Assembly (NCBI GenBank): GCA_951406725.2
Contig: OX597831.1
Location: 53,320,001 to 53,384,000, forward strand
Source: Octopus vulgaris
Taxonomy: Eukaryota
Direction: 5' to 3'
DNA length: 64,000 nt
In this document: piece by piece, positions 35,069-47,800 of the stretch
Layout of the letters: each line of letters opens with the position of its first letter
How positions within the stretch are numbered: the stretch's first letter is position 1
The notes under the pieces: model-generated
Told to the model about the DNA's origin: nothing
Seen by the model: only the letters and a program-made list of their open reading frames with translations
Database searches by the model: none
Program-made: the position numbers and the translations under genes

Positions 35069-36139
35069 GTAAGTCACAATGCATTTATCACCTTTTTTTT
35101 ATATCTCTTTGTATATCTGAAGGCGGCAAGCTGGCAGAATTGTTAGCACACTGGGAAAAATGCTTACTGGCATTTCATCCATCTTTACGTTTTGAGCTTA
35201 AATTCTGCCATAGTCAACCTTGTCTTTCATTCTTTTGGGCTCGATGAAATAAGTACCAGTTGAGCACTGGGGTCAATGTAATCAACTTGTCCCCTTTCCA
35301 GAACTTGCTGGCCTTGTGCCAAAATGTGAAACCAGTATCTAACAAGACATATGTAAAGGATAGAAATAGCAGTAATGATGATATCATCCTCATTTAATGT
35401 CCATATTCCAAGCTGATATGGGTTGGACAGTTTGACAGGATCCAAGGACTGCATTGTGTCCTAGTCTTTGATTTGGCATAGTGTCTACTGCTGGATGTCC
35501 TTCCTAATACCAACTACTTTACGATGTGTGCAGGGTGGGTTTTTTATTTTATTTTTTGTTACTACAGGCACTAGTGAAATTGTCATGCAGCTTGCAAGTC
35601 TACAACCCATGGCGAGTTGGGTTTTTTATAAATTTTTTTTCAAAGTACCTGGGACTACATTATCCAATGTATCCTTTCAAGGAGGTAGGGTGTAATTTGA
35701 GAGAGATTTGGTTGCTACTTCTAGACTAGAAGCTTCCTTGTTGGCTCACATAACAGAGATTGTACATAATGGTGGTAGAAAGTAGAATTTGTTCTGCTGC
35801 CTTTTACTAACTTACACAACCACAATATTGATTATCTGCAATATATGCTGTGACAGTCAGGGAAAGGTGTAATGCATTTTGCAACAATCAGTCAAATTGT
35901 TGTTGAGCACCCTGTTAGTGCTTATTGAGCAGGCCTACAGTCAAAGTTGTTCCAGCTGTGTCCATCTTGTTTCTGTCTAACTACACATGATGTTGGCAAT
36001 TTCTTTTCCTTTCTCCTTTCCAATGAAGGGCTATCCTCAGCTTGTCAAACTCTCTCTTTTCACAGAGCCTCAAGCTAATACATTTCTTGTGCACATCCTC
36101 TTGTTGTCTGTTAATTTTATTCATTTATTTGAATTGACT

Positions 36140-36510
36140 ATATATATGTACATATATATGGGTACAGCACATAAAAAAAAACGTTGAACACAATGAGAAA
36201 TGAAAACATAGAAACAAACTTTTTTTCGAACAACGGAAAAAAATCAAACAGAGAAATGAGACATGCAACATAAAGAATATTCCCCTTCTTCAGTTGTCCC
36301 TGTTTCATCTACTCCATGTTTCGAATGCAAGGACAACATGGAGTAGATAAAACAGGGACAACTGAAGAAGGGGAATATTCTTTATGTTGTATGTCTCATT
36401 TCTCTGTTTTTTTCCGTTGTTTGAAAAAATGTTTGTTTCTATGTTTTCATTTCTCATTGTGTTCAACGTTTTTTTGATGTGCTGTACCCATATATGCATG
36501 TATATATACA
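36140..36510. repeat. Near-perfect palindrome with ~170-180-bp arms and a 14-nt loop
   Basis: ...catctactccatgtt[tcgaatgcaaggac]aacatggagtagat...; the arms extend to tatatgggtacagcacat / atgtgctgtacccatata. Confidence 0.9.
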
Positions 36511-36738
36511 TATATATGTTGGTATGTACCTATATGTATGTATATATGCATATATTTATATATTATTTATATTATTATATGATCGAATGTTACACATCCT
36601 TTTCCAAGTATATATATATATATGTGTATATATATATATAACGGGAAGCTTTATGAAAATAGACAAAAGACGAAGGCAGGTGGAAAACAAACAAACAATT
36701 GTATTAGTATGGCGCTCAGGAAATATAAATAAAACAAG

Positions 36739-36776
36739 TCTTTAACATTTCGAGCCTACGCTCTTCAACAGAAAGA
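36739..36776 (-). ncRNA. Minimal type-I hammerhead ribozyme-like motif in a Penelope-like repeat (about 36640-36840)
   Basis: Minus strand UCUUU-CUGUUGA-A-GAGC-GUAG-GCUC-GAAA-UGUU-AAAGA has stem I, core, stem II, GAAA and an NUH site. There are two deviations from the canonical motif. Confidence 0.55.
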
Positions 36777-37922
36777 TACACAGAAAGAAGGAGAGAAAAA
36801 AAATGCGTGCAGTAACTAACGAATCAACATGGCGATCTATATGTTTTTTTTTGTGTGTGTTTGTATCTCCATATCTTGACATTACATGATGGTTGTAAAT
36901 GAATGTCCCTGTCAAACAAGCAGTGTCATTTATTATCACTATTTAACATCTGCCTTCCATGCTGAATGGGTGTGAGAAAACGTCTGGCGATGAAGAAATA
37001 TTACCTTACTTAGAAACAGGTAAGGTAACAGGAATTGCACCTGGCCATGAAAAAAATCATCTGCTTCCAAGAATTCCTCCAAAAACCATCTGCCCCTCAA
37101 AATTCTTCCAAGCTTGGAAAATGATACGAAAATAATGATGGTTATAATACAGGTACTTTTGAAGCTTTCATCTCCCCTCTCTTCACCAATATTTGTGTCT
37201 ATTCTCACAGGCCTAGTACTCACCACTCTATCTAGAACATCAGCATTTTGGGATGTGTTTCCAGCTGACAAAGTAATCATAACCACATTGATGTCACCAA
37301 TCTCGGCCTGCAGAGATTATGGGGCATGGCCCAATATTAAGTCTGTCTGTACACAAATATATAATTCATTTGTTTTACCGTGTCTGTATATATATGTAAT
37401 ATATATATACATACACACATGCCCATGACATGCTTCTTTCACTTTTTTATCTACTGGTGGGAACTTAACCACACAGCTATGACTGTGCCTACTCTTTCAG
37501 CACACACTGTAATTTAGTTGTTATAGTTGTATGTTGAGTTTGGCATTTAGTGGTTGCTGTTTATCCCCAACTCAACATTGACCCAAATCAGTTTGGCTGT
37601 GACCTGTTTTTCAGCTGTAGTGTATCTAAGATGACATTAAATAATGTGCTTTCCTTTGTTTTTCAAGATATTAGGATATGACTTGAGGGAAATTCTTAGC
37701 AGTTTATGTGACCACTTAGAGCAGATGTTTAAAAAAAAAATCATATATTTTTATAATCAAATATTATTGGGAATTATATTAAAATATTGTTAGAATATTT
37801 TGTGTATTCCAGAAGTTTAACCAATTTATTGCAGATAAATTTTAACAAAACGGACCCTGGTTAAGAACCACATTTTAGATTATTTGTTTTGTTGTATATA
37901 TATATTATAGATATGTAAGGGT

Positions 37923-37976
<54 letters not shown>

Positions 37977-38316
37977 ACTACCAGTGCCTGTGGCATGTAA
38001 GAGAACCATCCGAACGTGGCCGTTGCCAGCGCCACCCCGACTGGCCTCGTGCCGGTGGCACGTAAAAAGCACCATCCGATTGTGGCTGTTTGCCAGCCTC
38101 GTCTGGCACCTATGCCGGTGGCATGTAAAAAGCACCCACTACACTCATGGAGTGGTTGGCGTTAGGAAGGGCATCCAGCCGTAGAAACATTGCCAGATCA
38201 GACTGGGCCTGGTGCTGCCTTCTTGTTTTCCAGACCCCAGTTGAACCGTCCAACCATGGAAAGCATGGAAAGTGGACGCTAAACGATGATGATGATATAT
38301 ATATATTATAGACTAT

Positions 38317-38364
<48 letters not shown>

Positions 38365-39806
38365 ACAATGTGATTGGTTGTATGCATGAGTGCACAAGCT
38401 GAATAAGTTTGAGATAGTTCTAAATGGGAGAGTGGAGAGCCTGGTCTCTGCAAGTTGAAGCACATGGTGGGACCGAATAATATTATTTACATGTCTAGAC
38501 AAGCCCTGACTTTAGGTACTTTCCTGTGTTGGTGTGTGATTTTGAGTGATTTGGATTTGTCTTGATTTTACGCTTTTGCTAGGGCTCAGCAGGGAAAAAT
38601 TTATTCATTCCTCCCTGGCAGGCAATTGAACCCCAGTGTCATATGTAACAGGCAGAGTTACTTAACACTATAACTACATTCAGTAAAACTACAAGAGGAT
38701 GTGACTAGTTATAAAGCAAATATTCATTATTGATAAGTTTAAAATTATATTAACCTTTTAGCATTCAAATTACTGTCACATATAATGCTACTATGATGTG
38801 ATTATTTATTTTTAGAATGACATTGTAGGATAGGTTTGGGAGGTCAGATCCAGCTAGTTTGAACATACAAGTGGAATATTTGGGTTGGATATTACTGGTT
38901 TAAATACTAAAGAATAAAAGTGATTTTTTTTTTAGTCAGTTTTCAATCTTACAACTTAGTTTGTTATATTGTTGATTTTTACAGCATTTTTCCTAAGCTA
39001 ACATGGGGTTGATGAATACTTATTGGGCCATTGTTTTACAACTGAGTACTTTTCTTGTCACTAATACTTACCTGTTTTTCAAGTAATGCTTTTATTTTGC
39101 TCCTCTTGTCTTCAAAAGCATACAGCTAGATGACATCATTTTTTGCTCAGCGATTTGATGCATGGGTGTGGAATGTAAACATTTACAGATACATGTATAT
39201 TCACACATACACATGGATTTCTATCTGTTTCTGCTCACATGACACTAGTAAGGCTACAGTAGGAGACACCTGTCCAAGATGCACTGGAGAATATGTAGTA
39301 ACCAAGTGAATATCCTATTTATGCATTATTTACATAAAAAAAAATATATTTATCTTCTCTTTCGTTGTTTGATTAGATTAGTATATACAGCATCACATTC
39401 CTATGCATTTCATCTATAAAGCTCAGCTCACAGTCAGATCAAATTACTTCTGCTCAAATCTTTGTCGTCAGTTCCTCTCATTCTCACTTACCACTTGCAA
39501 ACGAGCACAGTTGTCTTCTCTTTTATGCAACAATCATTTTTATCAGCATACTTACAATTGAGCCTTTTTTTGTACCTTGTCTATTCAATGGATCATGCTC
39601 AGATTAATAGCTTCTAGGGTTCTGTGGTATATGTTATCTTCATCACTGTTTGATGTCAGTTTTCCATGTTGGTATGGATATCAGTTCTTTGCTATCATTT
39701 TTTTTTATTCTGATTCAAATGTTATGTTTATCTTGGTTTTAATTAAAACCAATTTTGGACAGTTTCACACCTCCCCTATTAACTGCAATATTTATTTCTT
39801 TCGTAG

Positions 39807-39895
39807 GTTTAATGCCCTTTATGTTTAAAGATCGGCGCTATGTGGAAGATCCTAAACTCTTTGATCCACTTCGACCAAAGAAGTACAACTCTTAG
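39807..39895 (+). CDS. MRPS18C: MRPS18C exon 5 with stop (GLMPFMFKDRRYVEDPKLFDPLRPKKYNS*)
   Basis: Acceptor ttctttcgtag; matches GFMPVTYKDPAYLKDPK; TAG at 39893-39895. The spliced CDS is 576 nt (191 aa). Confidence 0.95.
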
Positions 39896-39923
39896 TCGGA
39901 ATTTCTTAATGTAACATAGACAG

Positions 39924-39929
39924 AATAAA
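39924..39929 (+). terminator. Probable polyadenylation signal of MRPS18C
   Basis: AATAAA 28 nt after the stop codon, followed by GT/T-rich sequence. Confidence 0.6.
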
Positions 39930-39959
39930 GTTATTGGTTTGTATTTGTAAAAATATTTG

Positions 39960-42900
39960 AACTTGTAATCTTATTTATGTTGAAAAATATTAACAGCAAG
40001 TAAAAAAAAAAAATTCCTATTGTTTTGCTCTACATTGCAACTGTTGTGAACGCTGTAATTTAACCCCTGAAAGAGATGTCAATTCTACTGCCTAAAACTC
40101 TTACAAAATTAGTAATCAGGATTTAAGCCTTAAGTTTCTAGACTGCACAAAGACCAGACAATGCTATTCATATGAAATATTCACTTAAAGGTTTTCTTTT
40201 TAGAAAACCAATGCTAAGTTAAAAATATATATTCTTTTCTTTTGCAAAATATACAACTATTTTGAATGTTGTGGGTTGAATCTGGAGAGCATAACTCTCA
40301 GTAGACCAACTTGAGCAGATATTGTCAAGGCTTATTAGTTTGGTTCCTACAGTTGATAATTTGTGTTATATAGCTTTTTGTTATGAAACTGTCTAGATTA
40401 GTTTAGGCTATTACAAAAGATAAAGGAATAGGGGGGAAAAATTGCTTTGAAAGATAAATTCCAATTTAACAAGCAAATCTCTGAAAATGTCTTGTGATGG
40501 TTAGCTGAAATAAAAATTAATTATACAAATTAAAGTACTGATTATTCCATTATAGAATATTTTATTTTACCAAAATATATTTAGGCAACCTGCAGTTAAG
40601 ATACAGTGTGTGTAAATAGATATACACATTGTTTTTAAAGTGTGAGAAAAGATTTAAAGCAAAAATAACGAGGCATAAAAGTGTGATGAAACCAATCAAA
40701 TTTATTATTCCATGTTGCCCTTTCAATGTCTGAAAACTTGCTAAAGAATAATACAATTGCAAAAGCAAGTATTTTTTTTTAAGGTCAGTTGATAATTTCA
40801 AGGTAATTTGAAGAAAAAAAAAATAGAGAGAAAATATATTAAATAAGTGCTTGCAATGAAATTTTTAAAAATAGACATTTTTAAAATAAAATAACAAGCA
40901 CTTTGCAGAAGCTTCTATCTGTGATTAAAGGATATGACTTAAATAAACTCAAGTTTAAATTCTAAAACAAGGGTGACAAACCTATATTTCTCTGCAATTT
41001 CTTGTGACTACTTGGAATATAATTAAGATTTAAATTTTTTAAAATGCACTGTTATACTTAAAAAAAAAATTGTCTAAAAATACAAAAGCAAGTAATTATT
41101 AAAACAAAAAACCATTGCCCCCCTTTCTGTTCTAACTTGATGATACATTTACACAAGGTTAACAACCTATTTGGAATAGGATGAGGAGCTGGCCTTTTAA
41201 ATAATGAGTTAACTAAACTGCAGAAGGGAGAATGCAAGCATAATTAACACTTAAATTTTTTTAAAAATTGTTTTTAGGGAAAACTAATCAACTTTCCATT
41301 AGCTGTTCCAATATTAACTTTGTGGTCAGGTTATATATATAATAAAATTCTACATGTAACAACAATCTTAATAAATATGAAATATAAAATATTTAGTAGT
41401 GACTTTTCAGGGTTTTTTTTTCTTCCTTTAAAGTTGATATAATTAACTTTGTATATAATAATTAGTCCTTAGATCACCATAAGCAGAGTTAATTTGATTT
41501 ATTCAGTTGGGGCGAGAAAAAAAAATAAAAAGAGCAATAGAGATCATTCAAACACAACATTCACACAAAATGGTGATTAAGGACACAAACAGAATTTTCA
41601 ACTAAACATTCTGAATCAAACCCGTCTCAAATGAAACCATCTGGGATGAATTCTTTACACAAATTCTTTCAGTTTCACTGCCATCTCTGTAGAGCCAAAT
41701 GAAACCTGGCTGGATGAATTCTTTCAGTTTTTCTGTCTTTCCCTCTCCCCCCATAATCTCAGCTAAGTGTACAAACTTCTGCATTCTTAATTTGTTTCCA
41801 AGTTTTGGGAAAAATAAAACCAAAAACAAAAAGAAACCCCACACCCCACAAAAATCACCAACCCAAATTCACATTCTGGCTTAACTTACACCATTATGGT
41901 TATATATTAATTAGCATGTAATTAAATGTTAGTTATTAAAAATCAATAATAAAAAAAACAATACAAGTGTGTAGGCCAAATTTTTGAAAATTGTATAAAT
42001 ACAAATCAATAATTAACAGTAAAACAAGAACTGACTCTTATTTCATGATCTCGGTAGTTGTGAACCAGTTATACTAAACAATGTTTAGTAATAAAACTAG
42101 TTAACCCCTGCATTAAAAAAAAAAAATCTAATGAAATTTCTGCACTTGTTAAAAATAACAGTAATCTTTTAGATCATGCTATCAATTAGAATTAATATTT
42201 TAACTTATGAAAATAACTATTAATAAACCAGATTAAGAATGCATGCTTTGAAAAATTTGATTATTTCAGTGACTAAATCAGTATTGATTGAAAGCAGCCA
42301 TGAAATGTCCAAATAACTAATTAATCCATAGGAGTATGCATTTTCTTGCAGTTCTCTCTTTCTCTCTATTATATAAAATTTAATCAAACAGATTTTTTTT
42401 TTAAAGAAACTGATTTTTAGATATTTCTAACAGGAATAAATAAGCAATGATTATGTTTGTAGTTTGAAATTTATGAAATCTATTTTACTATTTTTGTACA
42501 AAATATACAATGCTTGAAAATAAGCCAAGTGTTTCTTGGAAATCTTATGAAATAGCACTCTAAAATCTGATTGAAATCCAAGGTAGTTTTTTTTTCTTTT
42601 TTTTTTTTAAATTTTAGTTTTTCCAAGTTGTATAACAACTTATTGGAAAAGATGTACAGCTGACAGAAAAATATGTGTATAGTGCTCCATAATGAAACAG
42701 CCTTGTTGTGTTTGTGCCGAATAAAATGAATCAGTGTTGAAAATGGTATAAAGTATGATCATAGCAGTGCAGAAATATCTGTATCAACACTGACAATAAT
42801 CTGTGTTATTTAAATAACAGAAAATATTCAGAAGATGAGAGGACTTACTCAACACAAACCTTCTCTTTGGGACAATATGTGAGCTGCGTGTGTGTGTGTT

Positions 42901-44437
42901 TTATAATAAACATTAAAATGTTGATAAGCCAGTCTTAGCAAATCAATGAAAGAGATATCCTTGAAATTAGTTATTAGCAGATATCAAAACTAGGTAGAGG
43001 AAGGAGTGCAGAAGGTAAGCCAGTTTACCCAGCTGCACAATAGACAAAATAGCAAGTTAGAAAAATAACTCGGCCATGTGATCGGTTATATTCTTTATCA
43101 AAAGAAATATTAGAGGGAGAGAAGGTGGAGGAAATCCCGACAAGATTAAAGAGAAGGGTACTTTTTCTTTTTTTTTGTCCTTTTTATTGTTTTATGAAAG
43201 TTAATATAGGAATAAATTCTAAAATATTTTGATAGAAATTTTTTTAAGTTGAAGAGAAATTAGAAATGAAATGGTAGCCTGGACAAAATTATGTTGATTG
43301 AAATAAGTTTATTTCAATTTTTAAACACTTTCATTATATAAACATGCATCCTCTGCCTCAAGTAGCGAGACAGCAGAATGGAAAAGGGAAGGAAAAGCAA
43401 TGAGGATTTAAAAAAAAAAAAATATAAATAAAATAAAATATTCCCCCTAAATACACTCTTTCAGGTCTTGGAAGCAGTGATAGTCATGTGTGTACTTCAT
43501 TGTAGCAGATCCAAGCACTTGTGCTCACATATTTACATAATTATTGCAGTGAATTATACATGTTTATTATAGATGGTTTCATATATTAGAGCTATGGAAA
43601 AGACTGGTTAGGATAGGTAGGGATATGGAGAGAAAAGGGGAAGCAGAAAAGAAAAAAAAAATTCAAGAAAGATTCTGAAATGATCAAGACCTAGACAAAG
43701 TTTATTTAATACATATTCTAAATTTTTTTTTTGCCCCCAATATGTTTTTTTTAACTGGAAAGAAGAGTGAGAATAGCAGATAATGCCAACTCGTTTATGC
43801 TCCTGTGTGTGAGTGTGCATTTACACTCAGCTGCTTATGTAAATACACATATTTGTGCAGTGATATTCTTATCAGGAACATATAATTAAGAATGTCTGCA
43901 AGAGTGTAAAAGCACACATGGTCACTAGAAATTAATTTTTTTTCTTTTCTTTTTTTTTTCTTTTTTCCTTTTACCTTAAATTTGGATTTCAAGTTAGCAC
44001 AAGTGGGAGTTTTGGAGAGGAGAAACAGTCACAGAAATTCAATTATTCAAAAAGACATCAAAATCTGAGTCAGGTCTGACAGAACTACACCTCAAACCAG
44101 TCGTAGCCGATTAGAAGCGTGGATTTTGTTTATTCCTGTTAACATGGCTTGGGCCATATCAATGGCAAAACAATACAAATATCACAGGCCAACTTTACAA
44201 AAGCTCACAGCAAGTCTAAAAGATTCTGGTGTCAGTTCAAGTAATCTATGTACAATCCGTTGTCCATCTTTATATTGCCTTTGCTGCTTAAAAAGGCCTT
44301 ATTTTTTTTCTTTTTCAAATGTTTCCTCATGAATCGCTACAAAGTTTTCTAGCAAAGCAAGAACGTCTTCCAGGAAATAAATAAAGACCACAAAACTGTA
44401 TTCTGAATAGTTATGCCAAGAATTTTTTTTTTATATG
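39960..44437 (-). other. KCMF1: Probable long 3' UTR of KCMF1 (distal end uncertain)
   Basis: Unique AT-rich sequence downstream of the stop with no recognisable SINE copies; minus-strand AATAAA candidates, e.g. 40561-40566 and 40701-40706. Confidence 0.5.
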
Positions 44438-45266
44438 TTAGTGTGGTGGAGGCTCTCTATCAGAAGCTTTTGTAGCTTCTAAATGCTTGAGCATATACCT
44501 CTTAGCTGAACTTGTACTGACAAGAGGTTCTCTCAAACCAGTTGATCTGGACTGAGCCTGAGATGTGGCACTCCCCCCAACCATATTACCCACCCCTTGT
44601 CCCCCTGTATTTAACCCTCGCCCAATGTTGCTCCCCTGACCAGAAAGCAATACTAAATTGGCTTGTGTAAGTGAAGAACTCTGAGAAGTTGCAGAGATCG
44701 GACTTGTCCCTGATGCACTACGGGAAGCAGAATTAGAAGAAGCTGACATCTGTTTGATCACTGTGATATTTTGAGTACCACCACCTGCAATATTGCTGCT
44801 TCCACAACTGGCCCCACTACTAGTAGCCCCACTGCTGCTGCAGCTACCAGCACTTCCATTTCCTCCACTACTACAATTCGAGTTGCCACTGCTACCACTA
44901 CCTTTCGGTTGATTGTGCAGAGAACTCTCTAGTGGTCTTTGACGGGTAGCTTTACTTTTCACTGTGGATTTCTGCAGACTAGTATCGTTGCTGCTACTAC
45001 TGCTGCTGCTCTCACCACTAACAGTACCGCCACTGGAATTGTCACTGCCACTCCTGCCGCCACTGCTACTGCCACTTCCACCCCCAATATTAGGTGCCTT
45101 TTCTTGAGGGTTCACCCCACTGCCAATCTCCAATTGTATCATTTTTTCTAAGAATAATGGTTGTAGCTCATCATCTAATGTTGATAGAAGAACTTCTTGA
45201 ACGAACAAACTATGGTCCATTTCTAAAATGCTCTGATCTCCTTCTGACAATGCAAACTCCATACAT
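44438..45266 (-). CDS. KCMF1: KCMF1 last coding exon (HSLFVQEVLLSTL, long Gly/Ser-rich tail, ends REPPPH*)
   Basis: Acceptor tttatctgcag, phase 2. SLFVQEVLLSTL matches KCMF1 RSLFVQELLLSTL; the terminal EPPP resembles the vertebrate C-terminus; 274-aa ORF in the track. Confidence 0.93.
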
Positions 45267-46709
45267 CTGCAGATAAATTGGAGAAAAAAAGAGAAAAAAA
45301 AAAGAACAAAAAAATGTAATTACTAAATATTCACTTTGTCAAGTACAATAAAACAAATATTGCTAAAAATCAAAACGCAACAAATCACTGGATTTGAAAT
45401 AAATTTTAAGTCACATACATCATAGTGATTATTGAGTTAAGGTAAGTAATGAGTGAAATTATAAATCTATCAAAGATATAGGAACTCATAATATTGTGAA
45501 TGGAGTTATGACGGCCTTATAGTCACATAGTTGATGCCTACCTCCCATCTATCTAGTGCATTTATGCTGCAATACTGGACCTCGTGAAGGTTGGCGAGAG
45601 AGAGAGAGAGAGAGAGAAGCCCTACACAGAATTCAATGATTTTCATCAGTATAGCAATTTAGGGTTTGGAGTTATATTTTATTCATAGTAAAATGCCTTC
45701 AAAGGGCTAAACAGATATTCATTCATAACGAACAATTTTGATATAGAACATCTATAAATACTATGATGCTTCTCATCTCTTGTGGCATGTTTGTTGAATT
45801 AAAAAAAAAAATGATGGCTTAGTCAGAGAATTAGGGCAGCACCTAATATTTATATGGCCTTTGAGACTGGCAGTGGAAGGCAAAGAAGGAACTATAATAG
45901 TTCCTGTATTGCAGCGGGGGGCAAAGCATCAAGATATTGAGTTATATTCTACCTGAAGAGCTGATCAGAATGAAGACCATTTAATGTACCCAAAGGCCAG
46001 ATGGTGGTGTTAAACTAAGTAATGAATTAGCTCTACCTGAGCGTTGGGGCTCACTGAGGCAAAGTGTCTGATGCCAATGGCACATGAAGAGCTCCTTTTG
46101 AGTGTTGGACTTTACGGAGGTAATGACAGACCTTTGGCATTATGTTGTGCTTGAGAAGAAGACCATTCAAACCAAGTAAAATTGCAGTTGTGACAGAAAC
46201 TGGTGTCGTGCAAATGGCATGTAAAAGCACCCATTACATTTGGAGTTGTGGGTGTCTGGAATAGCATCCAGTCATAGAAACCATGCAAAATCAGACTGGA
46301 GTCTAGTGCAGCCTTCCAACTGGTCAAACTGTCCAACTTAAGCCAGTATGGACACTAAATGATGACGATGATGTGATAAGAATTAGGTACAGTTTGATGG
46401 GCTTTCATAGTTTCCATCTATCCAATTTCACTCATAGGTTTGGACTGACCCAAGGCTATTGATCATGAACGATACTGGGTATGATTCCATTGCATGGGAT
46501 TGAACCCAGAACCAAGTGAGTGTAAAGTGAACTTGACCTAACAGTATTTAGGTGATAAGTTTTAGTTAGTAAATAATGTTTACTGCAGAACATTAGGTTT
46601 GCTAATTAATGCTCAGCACAATGAAGTTGGGATGCTTAAAGTATTTTGAATTGTAAAGCAATGTTAGTATGAACTAGCATATCATTGAATAAATAAATAA
46701 AATAAAAAA

Positions 46710-47800
46710 CACAAAGGAGCATGGAAGCGTCATTCAAAAAAGTTGTTGAATGAAGAATATAAGTGGACTAATGTGAGTGAAGAAGCAATTAAGGTTCACT
46801 AAGGTGTGTAAACAAATTAAGGAAATAAAGGCAAGAATTGAATCATGTTATTTACTTGTTTGATTAATCAGGTTATTTATAAAGATGCCCCCCACCCAAT
46901 GACTGGCATACCAGTGTTACTGAAGGGCAAATGAGATGCACAGGAGAGAAACAAATACAAAAGCCTCAAACAGATGAACCAAGTTTTGAAAGTAGTTACT
47001 TAAGTATTAGCGAAGTGGATTGTTCTAGTTTATACTAGGATGTGAAATGAAATGCTTCATATTATGAGACAATTGCCAGGAAAGATTAAACCACACATGA
47101 AAATAAAAACAATGGTAGGGTAGGTAGTTAATCAAGTGTAAAGTATGTCTACCAGGGTTCTGCCCTAAACTTATTTCTTACAGTTCAAGACTGAATATTT
47201 ATGTTTTATATTCCACATCTCATTGTAAAATCTGCTGAAGAATAGCAGAAAAAGTTCAGAAACTTAAAGGTCAACATGAAAGATAAAGTGGTAGCCATTA
47301 TGAGAGAGCACAAGATGGAAGTTGACAATGTGACTATAGAGCAAAAATGAATACACAAAACATGGCTGTAGGGTTTCACACAGAATCAAGACTTCAGGTG
47401 TGTTCATTAAATCTAGTTGATAGTTTCTGTCAGGAAGCTCTAATTAGTGATAGCAGAAGTATTTATAAAATAGAAAGAAGTTGAGAGGGCGAGTGTCCAA
47501 GCAATGAAGGATTTTTCTCTGTACATAAAGTAAACTGCAAGAAGCAGGTGTAAAGAATATGATGGTGGATGATTATGAGGCATATACACAGACAATGAGA
47601 TCTGTAGAAGCTAAGAAAATTGAAGCAATGATGGTGTCAGCTAAATATGTAATGCAAAAGTTAGGAGTGTATGTAAGAGAACTAAGAAAGCTGCTTAAAC
47701 ACTAAAAGTGTCTGCCAAGATGTGACTCTGCAAGCATGGTGACGTAACATGCACTGATTGTGGAGATTGTGTGTAGCTAAAGTCAAAGACAGTATAGGGA
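46710..47800 (+). mobile_element. Very old remnant of the same RTE-clade LINE type (boundaries approximate)
   Basis: Residual AWKRHSKKLLNEE (~46720), PNDWHTSV (~46895) and KGK*DAQERNKYKSLKQMNQVLKV (~46925). Confidence 0.55.
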
